A stretch of 64,000 nucleotides of DNA from the human T2T-CHM13v2.0 reference genome, Homo sapiens (GCF_009914755.1 NC_060938.1), one strand, 5' to 3'; shown: positions 13,920-27,372, counted from the stretch's first letter. Notes: generated from the sequence alone by a model not told the origin. Program-made: numbers and translations.

Positions 13920-15405
13920 CTTTATCCCATGATCAAGTGGGATTCATCCCAGGGATGCAAGAACGGTTCAACATATGCAAATCAATAAATGTAATACATC
14001 ACATTAACAGAATGCAGGATAAGACCCATATGATAATTTTAGTAGATGCAGAAAAAGCATTTAATAAAACTTAATATGCTTTCATGATGAAAACTCTCAA
14101 CAATTAGGAATGTACCTCAACACAATAAAGGCCATATATGACAAACTCACAGCTAACATCATACCGAACGGGAAAAGTTGAGAGCTTTTCTTCTGAGACC
14201 TGGAACAAGACAAAGATGACCACTCTTGTCACTTCTGTTCAACACAGTACTAGAAGTTTGAGCCAGACCAATTAGGAAAAGAGGAAGAAATAAAAGGCAT
14301 CCAAATCTGAAAGGAAGAAGCTAAATTGTCTCTCTTTGAAGACAACATGAACTTGTATATAGAAAAGTCTGAAGACTCCACCAAAAAAACTGTTAGATCT
14401 AATAAATGAATTTAGTAAAGTTGCAGGAAACAAAATCACATACAAAAATGAGTAGCATTTCTATACATTAACAGTGAATTATCTGAAAAATAAATCAAGA
14501 AAATATTCCCCTTTACAATAACTACAAAAACATATTAGGAATAAATTTAACCAAGGAGGTTAAATGTATATCTCTACACTAAAGACTGTAAAACATTGAT
14601 GAAAGAAATTGAAAAAGACACAAATAAATGGAAAAAGATCTCATATTCATGAATTAGAAGAATTAATATTGTTAACATGTCCATCCTACCCAAAAGCAGT
14701 CTACAGATTCAACACAATCCCTGTCAAAATACCAATGACCTTCTTCAAAGAAATAGAAAAAACAAACCAGAAATCTGTGTGTGACCACAACAGATCCCAA
14801 ATACCTAAAGCAATCCTGAGCAAAAAATAACAAAGCTGGAGGCATCACACTACCTGACTTCAAAATGTACTACTATAAAGCTATAGGAACCAAAACTGCA
14901 TGGTACTGGCATAAAAACAGACAGATAAACCAATGGAACAGAATAGAAAGCCCAGAGATAAATCCATGCATTTATGGCCAACCAATTTTTGACAAAGGTG
15001 CCAGAAACACACAGCGGGGAATGAACAGTCTCTTCAATAAATGGTGTTGGGCAAACTGGATTTCCACAGGCAGAAAAGTGGAAAATTGTTATCTCTCACC
15101 ATATACAAACATCCAGTCAAAATACATTAAAGACTTAAACATAACACTTGAAACTATGAAACTACTAGAAGAAAATTTAGGGAGAAAGCTCTGTGACACT
15201 GGCCTGGGCGATTATTTTTTTGGATATGACCTCAAAAGCACAGGCAACACAAACAAAAACAAAAAAATGAAATGATATCGAATTTAAAAAACTTCTGCAA
15301 AGCAAAGGAAACAGTCAACAGAATGAAGAGACTACCTACAGAGTAGGAGAAAATATCTGCAAACTATACCTCTGATAAGGAGTTACTATTCAAAATGTAT
15401 AAGGA
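13920..15405 (+). mobile_element. L1M (L1MA-like) ORF2 fragment, decayed
   Basis: RT/C-terminal ORF2 remnants (ORF 14865-15275: [26 protein letters not shown]) with stops and frameshifts. Confidence 0.85.
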
Positions 15406-16109
15406 TTGTTTTCCAAGATGGTGAATGTTAAAGCATGTCTCAGCCAGTTGGAAATAGCAAGATACTGCATTAAGACAGTGCATAAAGATAAGCTTTAATT
15501 CACAAAGTAAATGAGAATCCACTAGATTTATGAAGGACACCCCAGATCTCTAGGAGGAAAACGTGGGCAAACAGCCCTCGTGACAGTGTCTGTCTGATAA
15601 ACATAAGTGAAGCCCCAGCACATGAGAGGAGCAGAGAGCCTCCTCTGTGACTCACCTTTCCACTGGGGATCTGAGCAGCCCAGGTTAAGGAACAGCATTA
15701 TGTTTCTCCAAGCCCTGGAGGTAACTTGGGGAAAGGCTTGGAAATGCTATGAGGGAAAGACGCTGGGAAAAGCTGCAGACATTTTCTGAGGCCTGGAACC
15801 AAGAACAGGACACCATTTTTAATCCAGGCACATTCAAAGGCAGCCATTCTTTAGTGACCTGGCAGCATGGCCACTTAGGCATTTTATAATAGTCTTAGGT
15901 CAGAGACTGAAGTGCCTGCTCTGGAGTTGGGTAGTGGCCTCTGCAACCAGAGCTATGGAAAGTGCCTCAGCAGGAGGTGCTGGAATTGTGCTTTCTCCTG
16001 TTGCAGGCCCGGGGTGGGAGGAGAGCCGCTACAGCTGCATCTCATCTGGGTGATGAGACTTGTAAGCCAGGGCTAGCTTGGCAACCTGGAACCAGTCTGC
16101 ACGTGTCAT

Positions 16110-17270
16110 TGCTGGGTGTCCCAGCCTGCTCCCCTGAGATCATGGTGGCAGGGTCCTCTCTGCTCCATCCCCAGGCAGAAATCCAGGCATTTGGAGCATC
16201 TGCTTGCCTGCGCCAGCAGTCTGAGCCACCCCACCCTTCATGGATATAGATCATGGTGCAGAAGGACCCTCTCCACTCCATGCCTAGGCAGATCTCCAGG
16301 AATTCAGAGCACCCCCTTGCCTGGATCAGTAGTCGGAGCCAGCCTATCCTTCCTGTGCATAGATCATGGTATGAGGGGCCCTCTCTGCTCTACATGTAGG
16401 CAGATCTCCAGGCATTCAGAGCACCTGCTCCCAAAGACTAGTAGCTTGAGTCAGCCCATCCTTCCTGTGCAGAGATCCTGGTACAGCAGGCGTCTCTCCA
16501 TTTTATGCCCAGGTGGATCTCCAGGCATTTGGAGCTTCTGCTCACCTAGTTCAGCAGCCTAAGCTGCCCTACCTTTCCTGTGCAAAGGTGCAGACACAAG
16601 TTCAAAGAGGTTCCTTCCACTTCACATCCAAGCAGATCTCCAGGCATTCAGAGCACTCACTTACCTGGATTAGCATCCTGACCCATTGTACCATTCCTAT
16701 ACAGAGATCCTGGTACAGGGGGGTCCTCTTCACTTCATGCCCAGGCAAATCTCCAAGCATTTGGAGCACCTGCTTGCCTGGTCAGCAGCCTGAGTCATCC
16801 TATCACTCATGTGCAGAGATCTTGGTGAAGGGGGGCCTTCTCTGTTTCATGCCCAGGCAGACCTCCAGGCATACAGAGAGCCTGTTTGCCTAGGATTGGC
16901 AGCCTGAACCACCCCACCATTCCTGTGAAGAGATATTGCTAAAGGGGCACCCTCTGTGCTCTCTATGCCCAAGCAGATATCCAAGAATCTTGAGCACCTG
17001 CTCATGTAGAACAGAAGCCTGAGCTGCCCCACTATTCTAGGCAGAGATCCTGGTGCACAGGGGCCCTCTCTACTCGATGCTCAGGCAGATCTCCAGGCAT
17101 TCAAAGCACCTGTTCTCCTGGATTAGCAGCTAGAGCCACCCCACCTTCTTTGTGCAGAGATTCTGGTGCAGTAGGGTCCTCTACGGTCCATTCCCAGGCA
17201 GATCTCCAGCCATCTGGAACACTCACTCTCCTGGATTAGGAGTTTCAGCCACTCCCCACCACCATGCAGA
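16110..17270 (+). repeat. About 10 copies of a ~113-bp monomer in the L1 5' UTR
   Basis: Anchor (a/g)gatctccaggcatt(c/t)(a/g)gagcac recurs at ~16179, 16290, 16402, 16515, 16634, 16747, 16859, 16975, 17087 and 17200. Confidence 0.9.
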
Positions 17271-18929
17271 GACCTTGAGGCCTAGGAGGTTTCCCAGCTC
17301 CAAAACTAGGCACACCTCTGGGTACGTGGTGGCTGCCCACTGGGTTCTCCTTTGGCGCTGGTGCTCGTGCATGCCATCAGAGGGCCTGTAAAGCCTGCCT
17401 AGTCCAACCCCACCCATTTGCCACCTGTCCCACCCCTTCCAGGGCTGAGCAGGGAGCTCAGACCAATGTGCACACCATAAACCAGCCCATTGCTTGAGGC
17501 AACAGAGAACTTCTCCCGGTAAGCAAGGCTATACCCAGCCACATTGGCCACAGACAGCTCCTACCCATAGGCACCATCTACTGGCTTGAGGTTGAACTGC
17601 ACAGCCCAAGATAAGACCTGTCAGCAGAAGTGCATAGGGCTATAGAAGCAAAGCCAAAATATACTACCCAGCCTTCTCTGTAATCACATCCTCCAGGGAG
17701 GGGGTGAAAGGGAAAGGGAAAGAAAGAAAACAACAATAATATTATAGGGAAAGACAGAAAAAGAAAAAACCCCAACCACACAAAAATAATGACAAAAATT
17801 AGAAACGCCAGCATTTCCAGATGGGAAGGAACAAATGCAAGAATTCCAGCACTATGACAAATCTGAATGCAGTTACACCACCAAAAGATTACACTAGCTC
17901 TCCAGCTATGGTCCCCAACCAAAATGGAAACTCAGAAATGACACGTAAAGAATTAAAAGCATGGTTGCAAGGAAGCTCAACAAGATCCACGACAAGGTTG
18001 AAAATCAACACAATGAAACTTCTTAAGCAATCCAGGAAATGTAGGAAGAGATAAATATCTTAAAAAAAACCAGAACTTCTATAATTGAAAAACTCATTTA
18101 AGAAATTTCAATATAAAATTGAAAGCTTCATCAATAGACCAGACCAAGCAGAAGAAAGAATTTCAGTGCGTGAAGACCAGTCTTTTTAACTAACACAGTC
18201 AGACAAAAATAAAAAAGGTAATTTTAAAAAGTGAACAAAGTCTTTTAGAAATATGGGATTAGGTAAAGTTACTAAACCTATGAATTAGTGGCATTTCTGC
18301 AGAGACGGAAAGTCAACAATCTAGAAAACATATTTAAGGGAATAATTCAGAAAAATTTCCTCAATCTTGCTAGAGAGGTAGATATCTGGATACGAGAAAT
18401 CCAGACAACACCTGTGAGATACTATACAAGATAAACATCATGAAGGCATATAGTCACCAGACTGTCAAAGGTCAACACTAAAGAAAAAATCTTAAAGCCA
18501 GCTGGAAAAAAGGGTCAGAACATGTATAAAGAGAACCCCATCAGCTAACAGCGGACTTCTCAGCAGAAACCTTACAAACCAGGAAAGATGGGGAGCCTAT
18601 TTTTAGCATTCTTAGAGAAAAGAAATTCCAACCAAGAACTTCATATCCCACCAAACTAAGCTTCATAAGTGAAGGAGAGATAGATTTTTTCCAGACAAAC
18701 AAGCACTAAGGGAATTCACTACTATTAGACCAACCTTACAAGCGATCTTTGAGAGAGTTCTAAACATAAAAGCAAAAGAATGAATGATACCTGTTACCAC
18801 AAAAATAAACTTAAGTACACAGCCCACAGACCCTATAAAGCAGCTACACAATAGAAACTACAAAGCAACCAGCTAACAACTTCACAACAGGATCAAAACC
18901 TCACATATCAATATTAATCTTGAATGTAA

Positions 18930-19067
18930 TTTCCTTTTTTTTTTTTTGGTAGAGATGGGATCTTGTTATGTTGAACAGGATGGTCTTGAACTCTTGACCT
19001 CAAGTTATACTCCTGCCTTGGCCTCCCAAAGTGCTGGGATTACAGGCATGATCCACCACACACAGCC
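18930..19067 (-). mobile_element. FLAM_C-like Alu monomer inserted in L1 ORF2
   Basis: Left-arm-only Alu with poly(T). Diverged 16-bp TSD ttaatcttgaatgtaa / ttaacctagaatgcaa (13/16). Confidence 0.8.
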
Positions 19068-21887
19068 TTAACCTAGAATGCAAATGCCCTAAACACCTCA
19101 CTTAAAAGGCACAGAGTGGCAAGTTGAATTTTTAAAAAAGTACATCAGTCTGCTGTCTTCAAGAGACCCATCTCACACATAATGACACAGATAGGATCAA
19201 AGGAAAGGGTCAAAGAAAGATCTATCATGCAAAAGGAAAACAAAGAGCGGAGGTGGGGGGGGGTCATTATCCTTATATCATATAAGAATAAAAAAGGGCA
19301 AAAATGGCATCACATAATTATAAAGCATTCAATTCAACTAGAAGCTTAACTATCCTAAATATATATGCACCCAACATTGGAGCACCCAGATTCATAAAAT
19401 AAGTACTTCTAGACCTACAAAAGACTTAGCCACATAAATAATAGTAAGGGACTTCAAAACCCTACTGACAGTATTAGATAATAGAGGCAGAAAACTAATG
19501 AAGAAATTCTGGGCTTAAATTCAACATTTGACCCACTAGGCCTAATAGACATCTACAGAATACTCCAACCACCAACCACAGGATATATATCGTTCTCAGC
19601 TGGACAAGAAACATACTCCAAGACTGACCACATGTTTGGCCATAAAGCAAGTCTCAATAAATTCAAAAAAATCTAAATCATACCACCCATACTCTGGACC
19701 ACAGTACAGGAAAAATAAAAATAAACACCAAGAAGATCTCTCAAAACCATATAACTGCATGGAAATTAAACAACTTACTCCGAATGACTTTTGGGTAAAG
19801 AACAAAATTAAGGTATAAAGAAAAAAAATTTTTGAAATAAATGAAAACAGAGACACAGCATACCAAAATTTGTGGAATGGAGCAAAACCAGCACTAAGAA
19901 GAAAGTTTAAGGTGCTAAATGCCTACCTCAGAAAGGCAGATATCAACTTAACAATCTAATATCCCACCTACAGGAACCAAAAAAGTGAGAACAAAGTAAC
20001 CCAAAAGCTAGAAGAGGAAAAGAAATAACTAAAATCAGAGCAGAACTGAACAAAGTTGAGACCCAAAAATCCATGCAAACCTAACAAACCCAAAAGTTGG
20101 ATTCTTGAAAACATAAACAAAATTGATAGCCCACTAGCTAGATTACCACAGAAAAAGAGAGAGAAGATCCAAATAAGCACAATCAGTAGCAAAAAAAGTT
20201 ACATTACAACTGATCCCACAGAAATATAACAAATCCTCAGAGACTATTATGAACACTTCTATGCACACAAACAAGAACATCTAGAGGAAATGGATACATT
20301 TCTGGAAACACACAACCTCCCAAGACTGCATCAGGAAGAAACTGAAACCCTGAATACACCAATATCAAGTTCTGAAGTTGAAGTTAGTAATTAAAACATG
20401 TACCAACCAAAGCCCCAGACCAGACTGATTCACACCCAAATCCTACCAGACATACAAAGAACAGCTGGTACCAATTCTACTGAAACTATTCCAAAACATC
20501 GAGGAGGGGGGACTCCTCCCTAACTCATTCTATAAAGACACCATCACCCTGATATCAAAACCTGGCAAAGACACAACGAAAAAAGAAAACTACAGACCAA
20601 ATATTACTGATAAACATAGATGCAAAAATCCTCAGCAAAATAATAGCAAATCAAACCCAGCAGGTCATCAAAAAATTAATTCACCAAAATCAAGTGGGCT
20701 TTATTCCTGGGACACTGGGTTGATTTAACATATGTGCATTAATAAATATGATTCACTACATAAACAGAATTAAAAACAAAAACCATCTAATCATCTCAAT
20801 AGACACAGAAAAAGCTTTGGATAAAATCCAACATTGCTTTATGATAAAAACTCTCAAAAAACTAGAAGCATCAAAGGAACATACCTCAAAATAAAAAGGG
20901 CCATCTCTGACAAACACACAGCCAACATCATATTGAACAGGCAAAAGCTGGAAGCATTACCCCTGAGAACTGGAACAAGAAAAGGATGCCCATTCTCACC
21001 ACTCCAATATAGTACTGGAAGTACTAGCCAGAGCAAACAGACAAAAGAAAGAAATAAAAGACATTCAAACAGGAAAAAGGAAGTCGAACTATCTCTCTTT
21101 GTAGACAATATGATTCCATACCTAGAAAACCCTAAAGACTCTGCCAAAAGACTTCTGGAACTGATAAATGACTTCAGTAAAGTTTCAGGATACAAATTCC
21201 ATGTACAAAAATCAGTAGCATTTCTATACATCAATAACATTCAAGCTGAGAGCCAAATCAAGAATTGCTTCAAAAAATTAAAATACCTAGGAACACATCT
21301 AACCAAAAAGGTGAAAGATCTCCACAAGGAGAACTGCAAAACACTGCTGAAAGAAATTATAGATGACATTAAAAAATGGAAAAGTATTTCATGCTCATGG
21401 ATTGGAAGAATCAATATCATCAAAATGGCCATACTGCCCAAAGCAGTCTATAGATTCAATGGTATTCCTAGGAGCTACCAATGACATCTTTCATAGATCC
21501 AGAAAAAATGATTCTAAAATTCATATGGAACCAAAAAGAGCCTGAAGAGCCAATGCAATCCTAAGCAAAAAGAATAAAGCTGGAAGCATTATATTGCCCA
21601 ACTTCAAACTATACTGTAAGGCTATAGTAACCAAAACAGCATGGTACTGGCACAAAAATAGACATATATAACAATGGAACAGAATAAAGAACCCAGAAAT
21701 AAAACTGCACACCTACAGCCATCTGATATTCAACAAGGTTGATATATCTTAAATAGAAAATAAATTATTCTACTAAAAAGGCAAAAATAAGCAATGGAAA
21801 AAGGACTCCCTATTCATTAAGAGGTGCTGGGATAGCTGGCTAGCCATATGAAGAAGTAATGAGCCACCACCTTTAATAATTAGGTAT

Positions 21888-22179
21888 TTGCTACCAGCTG
21901 AATATTTGCCACCACTCCCCTCTCCTAATTTTTAGGTGGAAATCTTAACCCCATCGTGACGATATTAGGAGGTGGGGCCTTTGGGATATATTAGGTCATG
22001 AAAATGGAGGTCACATGAATGGGCTTAGTCCCCTTATAAAAGACACATGAGAGCTGGCTTTCTCCGTCTGCTCTTGATCTTGGACTTACAGCTTCCAGAG
22101 CTGTGAGAAATAAATTTCAGTTGTTTGTAAGCCACCCAGTCTATGGTATTTTATTATAGCCACCCAAATTGAGAAGACA
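21888..22179 (+). mobile_element. MaLR LTR (MLT1A-like)
   Basis: ggaggtggggcctttggg...ttgatcttggactt...ctgtgagaaataaattt...aagccacccagtctatggtatttt. Confidence 0.75.
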
Positions 22180-22299
22180 GTATTGGTTAAAAACAAAGAT
22201 AACTTTTTGCACAATTTATCTTTTGCAGCATTTGCTATAATATAAGCAGACATTTCTATGTTCATTTAATCTAATAAGCCTCCTGGTTTTTACTTTTTT

Positions 22300-22645
22300 A
22301 TTTGTGTTTTTTTATTTCCATAGGTTTTGGGGGAACAGGTGGTGTTTGGTTACATGAATAAGATATTTAGTGGTAACTTCTGAGATTTTGGTGCACCCAT
22401 CACCCAAGCAGTACACACTGTACCCTCAATTTGTAGTCTTTTATCCCTCACCCCTTCCCACCCTCACCGTCCTATCAGACCCCAAAGTCCACTGTATCAT
22501 TCTTATGCCTTTGCATCCTCATAGCTTAGCTCCCACTTATAAGTGAGAATATACAATGTTTGGTTTTCCATTCCCAAGTTACTTCACTTAGAATAATGGT
22601 CTCCACTTCCATCCAGGTCACTGTGAATGCCATTATTTTGTTCCT
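22300..22645 (-). mobile_element. L1PB1-like 3' end, 5'-truncated
   Basis: gggggaacaggtggtgtttggttacatgaataag... with a perfect 19-bp TSD tcctggtttttactttttt at 22281-22299 and 22646-22664. Confidence 0.88.
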
Positions 22646-24259
22646 TCCTGGTTTTTACTTTTTTGTACAAGGTATGCTATTAATCTGGACTCCAAGTCCA
22701 ATTCAATATGAATGCTGCTGTCCAAAGTTTTCTCCTTGTGGCTGAGTTTTGTCTTATCATGTTTGAGACAATGTTGCTACAGAAAAAATGTGCCCAGTAC
22801 AAGAATCCCTGAGAATCCAAAGGCTGGTCTATGCCACAATGGATGAATGTGTTTAGCTAAAATAGGAAGTGAGCCTGCTGCTCCACGGCAGCACATCTGA
22901 AGATGAGTTTTCTGCTGGACTCAGAACCTGCTCAGAACCAGGCTGAGTTTTTTAGTTCCCTTCACCTCAACCTCAATTTGGTTTAAAGGAGATGTATCTG
23001 AAAAAATGTTCCATTTGGGTTCTGAAATCTTACTTTAATGCTAAATACCACCTTTCAGCAAAGGGTCTTCATCGCCTTTTCCTTCTTTAGCCAGGCATTT
23101 CATCACTCAGCTCTTATTCCCCAGTTGGTCATTCATGACTTTGTTTTCTAAATCAGGATTTTTTTAACTTCAATAAAATATTGATTCATGATAAACTCTT
23201 AGTGAAAGTAATGCTAGTGTAATAATTAAAAGCATCAGATTACCCATCTGGAAGTAAGGAGAGTCATAGTTCTAGGCATGTGGGAAGAGGGGGAGAACTG
23301 TTCCCAATGGGCATAAATAATTGACAAACACTCTAAGAATGGAGGGAAGAAATCACATACGTAAGTGTGTGTATGCACTTACACACACATGGCACTTTTT
23401 CTGAGAATCAGAGATTTATCACAATATATTTTATATAACAAAGCATAATTAAATATCGTTTTCAAGAAACATGAATTGCAGGCTTCTGGAAATAATTCTG
23501 AAAATTTGCACGGTGCAAAAACATTAAAGCACATCAATTACAAAACTGAGAAAAATGCTATATGGTGTCTTAGAGCCTCACAGCTCAGGTTGAAAAGAAA
23601 ATTTCTGTTATATTCTTATACCTTCTGTGCCATTCAAAATTTGTTGCTAAGTTTCCAATATTATGGATCAATTTATCCTTAGGATGTGGAAATAACTGGT
23701 TATACAACTCAAAGTAGCTTCACAAAGTAGTTTGACAAGGAGTTTACACTAGCTACTTGTTTCCTCCCCAAACCCAACCCTAGAGAAGCCACAGAAAGAA
23801 AAAGGAGGCTGACAGATCTCAGAAACTCACATATAAACTGGGAAACCCTTCAAGAGAGAGTGGTTGGGTTCCAGTGTGGACAGCAAACTGCTGCCCTGTG
23901 TAGGAAAAGTGGGCAGCCACAGACAAAGGACAGACGGCATGGGGCTTCTTAGTATTCTTTTCCCTGTATTTCCTTGAAGTAGGTCACTGGAGACAGAAAA
24001 ACAGCAATACCAGCTTCTCAGAGTATTCTATCCTCCTTCAGGGTGGAGAAAGGTTCCCAGAGAGGCAAGGGCACTTGGTGCCACGGTTGAGTGATGGGGT
24101 GAGGGTGGTAGGTAGTGAGGTGGTGGGCAGGAGGGAAAGTCAAGCTCAGACCATAATCCCAGAGCTTTCCATTCAGAAGAACGTTCTCTTTACCACTCCC
24201 TAGGCTTATGATAAGAAAGTGATAGAAAGGAGGGTGAGGATGTGAACAAACAACTATAC

Positions 24260-24625
24260 AACCTTCATCCTGCTTACTCATCCACTGGCTTTGGGCTTGG
24301 CTATGGCACAGGCTTTGGCTAATGGGATGTGAGGGAACACGATGTTCACTTACCACATTTGAGCAGAAGCCTAAACGTGACTGTGTGGCTTAGCTAGGGC
24401 CGTTTTGTGCCATCCTTGTATCAGGACAGCATGTCCTAGACAGGGGCTGCTCCTTTAGCCTGGGTTCCAAAACGAAAACATGCATGGAGCTAAGCCAAGC
24501 TGAGCAGAGCCCAAAAGACTTCAGCAGAACCAAACCCTGATGTATTGTACAGAAGAAAGACTACTTCTCATTGTAGCCCCTCAGATCTGGGATTTATTTG
24601 TTACAAACTAGAAAAAGCTGAAGAA
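24260..24625 (+). mobile_element. Old MaLR LTR (MLT1H/I/J-like)
   Basis: gggcttggctatg...ctttggctaatgggatgtgag...ggggctgctcctttagcctggg...tttgttac. Confidence 0.65.
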
Positions 24626-26399
24626 TTCCCTGACTTAATAGGTGACAAAACATTACCATCTCTTTTATCTATATAAAATAAGGATAAATCTTTATTTTTC
24701 CAATAAATATTATCTGACTTTATTAATCCCTAAATCTACCTTTGATTATATCAGCACGATTTTGCTATATATTGATATTATATTTATATATACATATACA
24801 TACATATATGATACACACACATATCAGAAAGATTATAACACTTTATATACTGTAGTCTGTAAACACTATAGAAAAATATTCAAATGATATGTTGATTTGG
24901 CCCCAAATATTTTTATATGCATGTAGTTTTTTTATATATATAAAATACGTAGTTTTGAAAATTTTATGTTTTTAGGGCCCTCATTTTATTCGTGACTTCC
25001 CTGGAGATTTAGACAGATTTAGCAGGTGACTTTGTTGAAGTCAGAGCAACTATTCGGCTAAGTTTCCAACAGCCGGCTAAGTCTTAAACCTCTCTATTGT
25101 AAAGGCAATTTAATACTTGCATTTACCTGCCTGGCAGCAGACAAGGTCATGTACCTTTATGCTGAGGCAGCAGGTCAAATGACCTTGCTTTTAAAAGCTG
25201 CAGGCTCATTGCTAAATGGCAGGAACACTCTCAACTAAATGAATGACTTGGCCCACAGCATAATTACCTTGGTGTCTTCAGATTGTTTAATGCCCAAGTC
25301 ACTCATCATCCTCAGAGCTAAGACACCGCTTAAAAGGTCAGTAGCATAACCCAATAAATGAAGAAGTACTTTTATATTCTCAGGTCTTTGTTGTGAGAAG
25401 ATAGAGGATTTTAATTACTTTTTTTTTTTTTTCATTTTTTAAAGGAGAAAGTCTGTTGCTGAATTGATTGTCCTTGCAGAGATACTACATGGAAAATGCT
25501 ATTTACTACAGCTGCATGAATGGATCCCAAGGGCAGGGCTGGCAGGCTGGGGGACAAATCCATTGTTGTCAGCAACATACTTCTAAATTTCTACCAAGGT
25601 GTGGAGTCCACTGTGACTCCCAGGTCCCAAATACTGATTGAAGAAGCTGGAAGCTGCTGTAACCTAGCTGTTGATGGATCTAACCTGGACAGAAGTTATG
25701 CTTCCAAGATAGAGGAGTCTCTTACAAAGCAGATTCAGGTAAATAGGATAGGAAACAATTTTTCAGAATTTCCTATTCTTGGTCCCTAAACTCCAAATTT
25801 AAGAAACATTAGTAAGAGCTTCCTAACTGCTCTCATAGGGGGGAAAAAAAACAAGAATCACAAGATCTAGAAAATATTTTAAATGTAGTCAGCCATTCTG
25901 AAATAATGTGATTGCAGTGGCATTGTCAACTAGCCACTACATACTCCTGAGTTATTTTTGATTGGCTTATGTTATTCACCCTTCTAGAGTCTCATTTTTT
26001 TTTGTCCACTTGTCTCTTCAGGGAAGAACTATCAGGAAGATAACATTTCATTTTCCTATGAATAAATGCTGATTAATGAATGGCAATCAGACTCTTTTCT
26101 TGTACTTCTCACAAACATCTCCTTCTCTTTCAAAACTTGGCTCAAATATCCCTCATTTTGGTATGCATCATTCACTTCTCCCAGATAATTACTGGCCTCT
26201 CCTTTGTGTTCCTTGTTCACAACTTTGTTATTATACTTAATATTTTATACCATGGTTATTTCTGGATGTCTTTCTCCCACTGTAGAGTGATGATGTGCTT
26301 GAGACTACCACCATATCCTGTTCATCACTGAACTAAGTACAGTCCATTATAAAGTAAATACTGAATATATGTTTACAGAATTGAATTTAAATCTAGAGA

Positions 26400-27200
26400 G
26401 AAGTTTCAGTGGCCCATTAAAGGATTTGAGCTCTCAAATCTGTCATCACTGATATGTAGGAAGTGAGTAATCATACTAAAGATAATGCAACAGGGATAGT
26501 AAAAGCATTGAATGATAGAATCCTCCCAAATATTTCAAGAAAAATAGGGTTAGCCTAACAATATAAAATTTAATGGAGACAAAATGCAAGGCCTAGTACT
26601 TCCACCCAAAGTGCCAACCATAATAATGTGAAATAGAAAAATATATAGCTTATTCCTAGCACATTAATAAATAAAGACTTATGGGTATTAGATGATGTAA
26701 GCTTAACACAAGTCAACAGCGTGATGTGGCTGACAAACAGGTGATGTGTCTTCAGGTTGAATCAGTAGAAATTGGGTGTGCACAGTGAGGGAAGTCATGC
26801 TCTTGCTGTAAACCACACTATCCAACTCACATACTTCTCAAAAAGATGTACTGTTTAGGAGCAAAACATTTAGAAAAGCGGGTTGGAGGAGGTAGATGGC
26901 CCAAAAAAGGGGATAAATGGACTTAAAAGCACTCTGTGATGATAAACAACAATGGTAATGTAGTGTCTGGAAAAGTGAAGACTCAAGGTTAATATGAAAG
27001 TGATCTTTTTATTTTATGGCCCTGCATGATACAACATGATTAGTGGATAAGTAACATCAATATGAGATAAATTTCTTACTGTCAGAACTTTCTAAGGATG
27101 GAAAGTCAGTTTGGAAGGTGGTGAGTTCTCTGTACTGAGAATGTTCATAAGATTTTTAAAATACTGGTTCCCTCCAACCCAGAAATTCTTTGACTCTGAA
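26400..27200 (+). mobile_element. L3/CR1 LINE relic
   Basis: aaatttaatggagacaaaatgcaagg...aaagacttatgggta...agtcaacagcgtgatgtggctg...ggtgagttctctgtactg...ttccctccaacccagaaattct. Confidence 0.7.
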
Positions 27201-27372
27201 CCTTTTGTACAGTTAGTTTAAAAATAAATGGTGATTCCTTGGTTTCTACAAATAGGTAACATCATAATCAACACTTGATCTTTTCTAATATTATGTTCAA
27301 TTGGAAGGAACAAATAGTCATAGCTGCCTGCCATTTTTCAATAGATTACAATAGCTAATTTTAAAAATAAGG

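Larger units (their letters stand above)
15410..21858 (+). mobile_element. Old primate L1 (L1PA15/16- or L1PB-like): 5' UTR, ORF1 and most of ORF2; 3' end missing
   Basis: Starts caagatgg (YY1-like). Tandem-repeat 5' UTR. ORF1 begins at 17821 (MGRNKCKNS...). ORF2 EN/RT remnants (20834-21484). Multiple disablements. Confidence 0.88.

Noticed and set aside
16110-17270. Regularly spaced repeats resembling a CRISPR array or coding repeat
   Set aside because: Whole units are homologous with no unique spacers, the context is eukaryotic, and the array lies in an L1 5' UTR.
13920-21858. ORFs 14865-15275, 17821-18054 and 20834-21484 as genes
   Set aside because: They are fragments of decayed L1 ORF1/ORF2 with many stops and frameshifts; not retrotransposition-competent.
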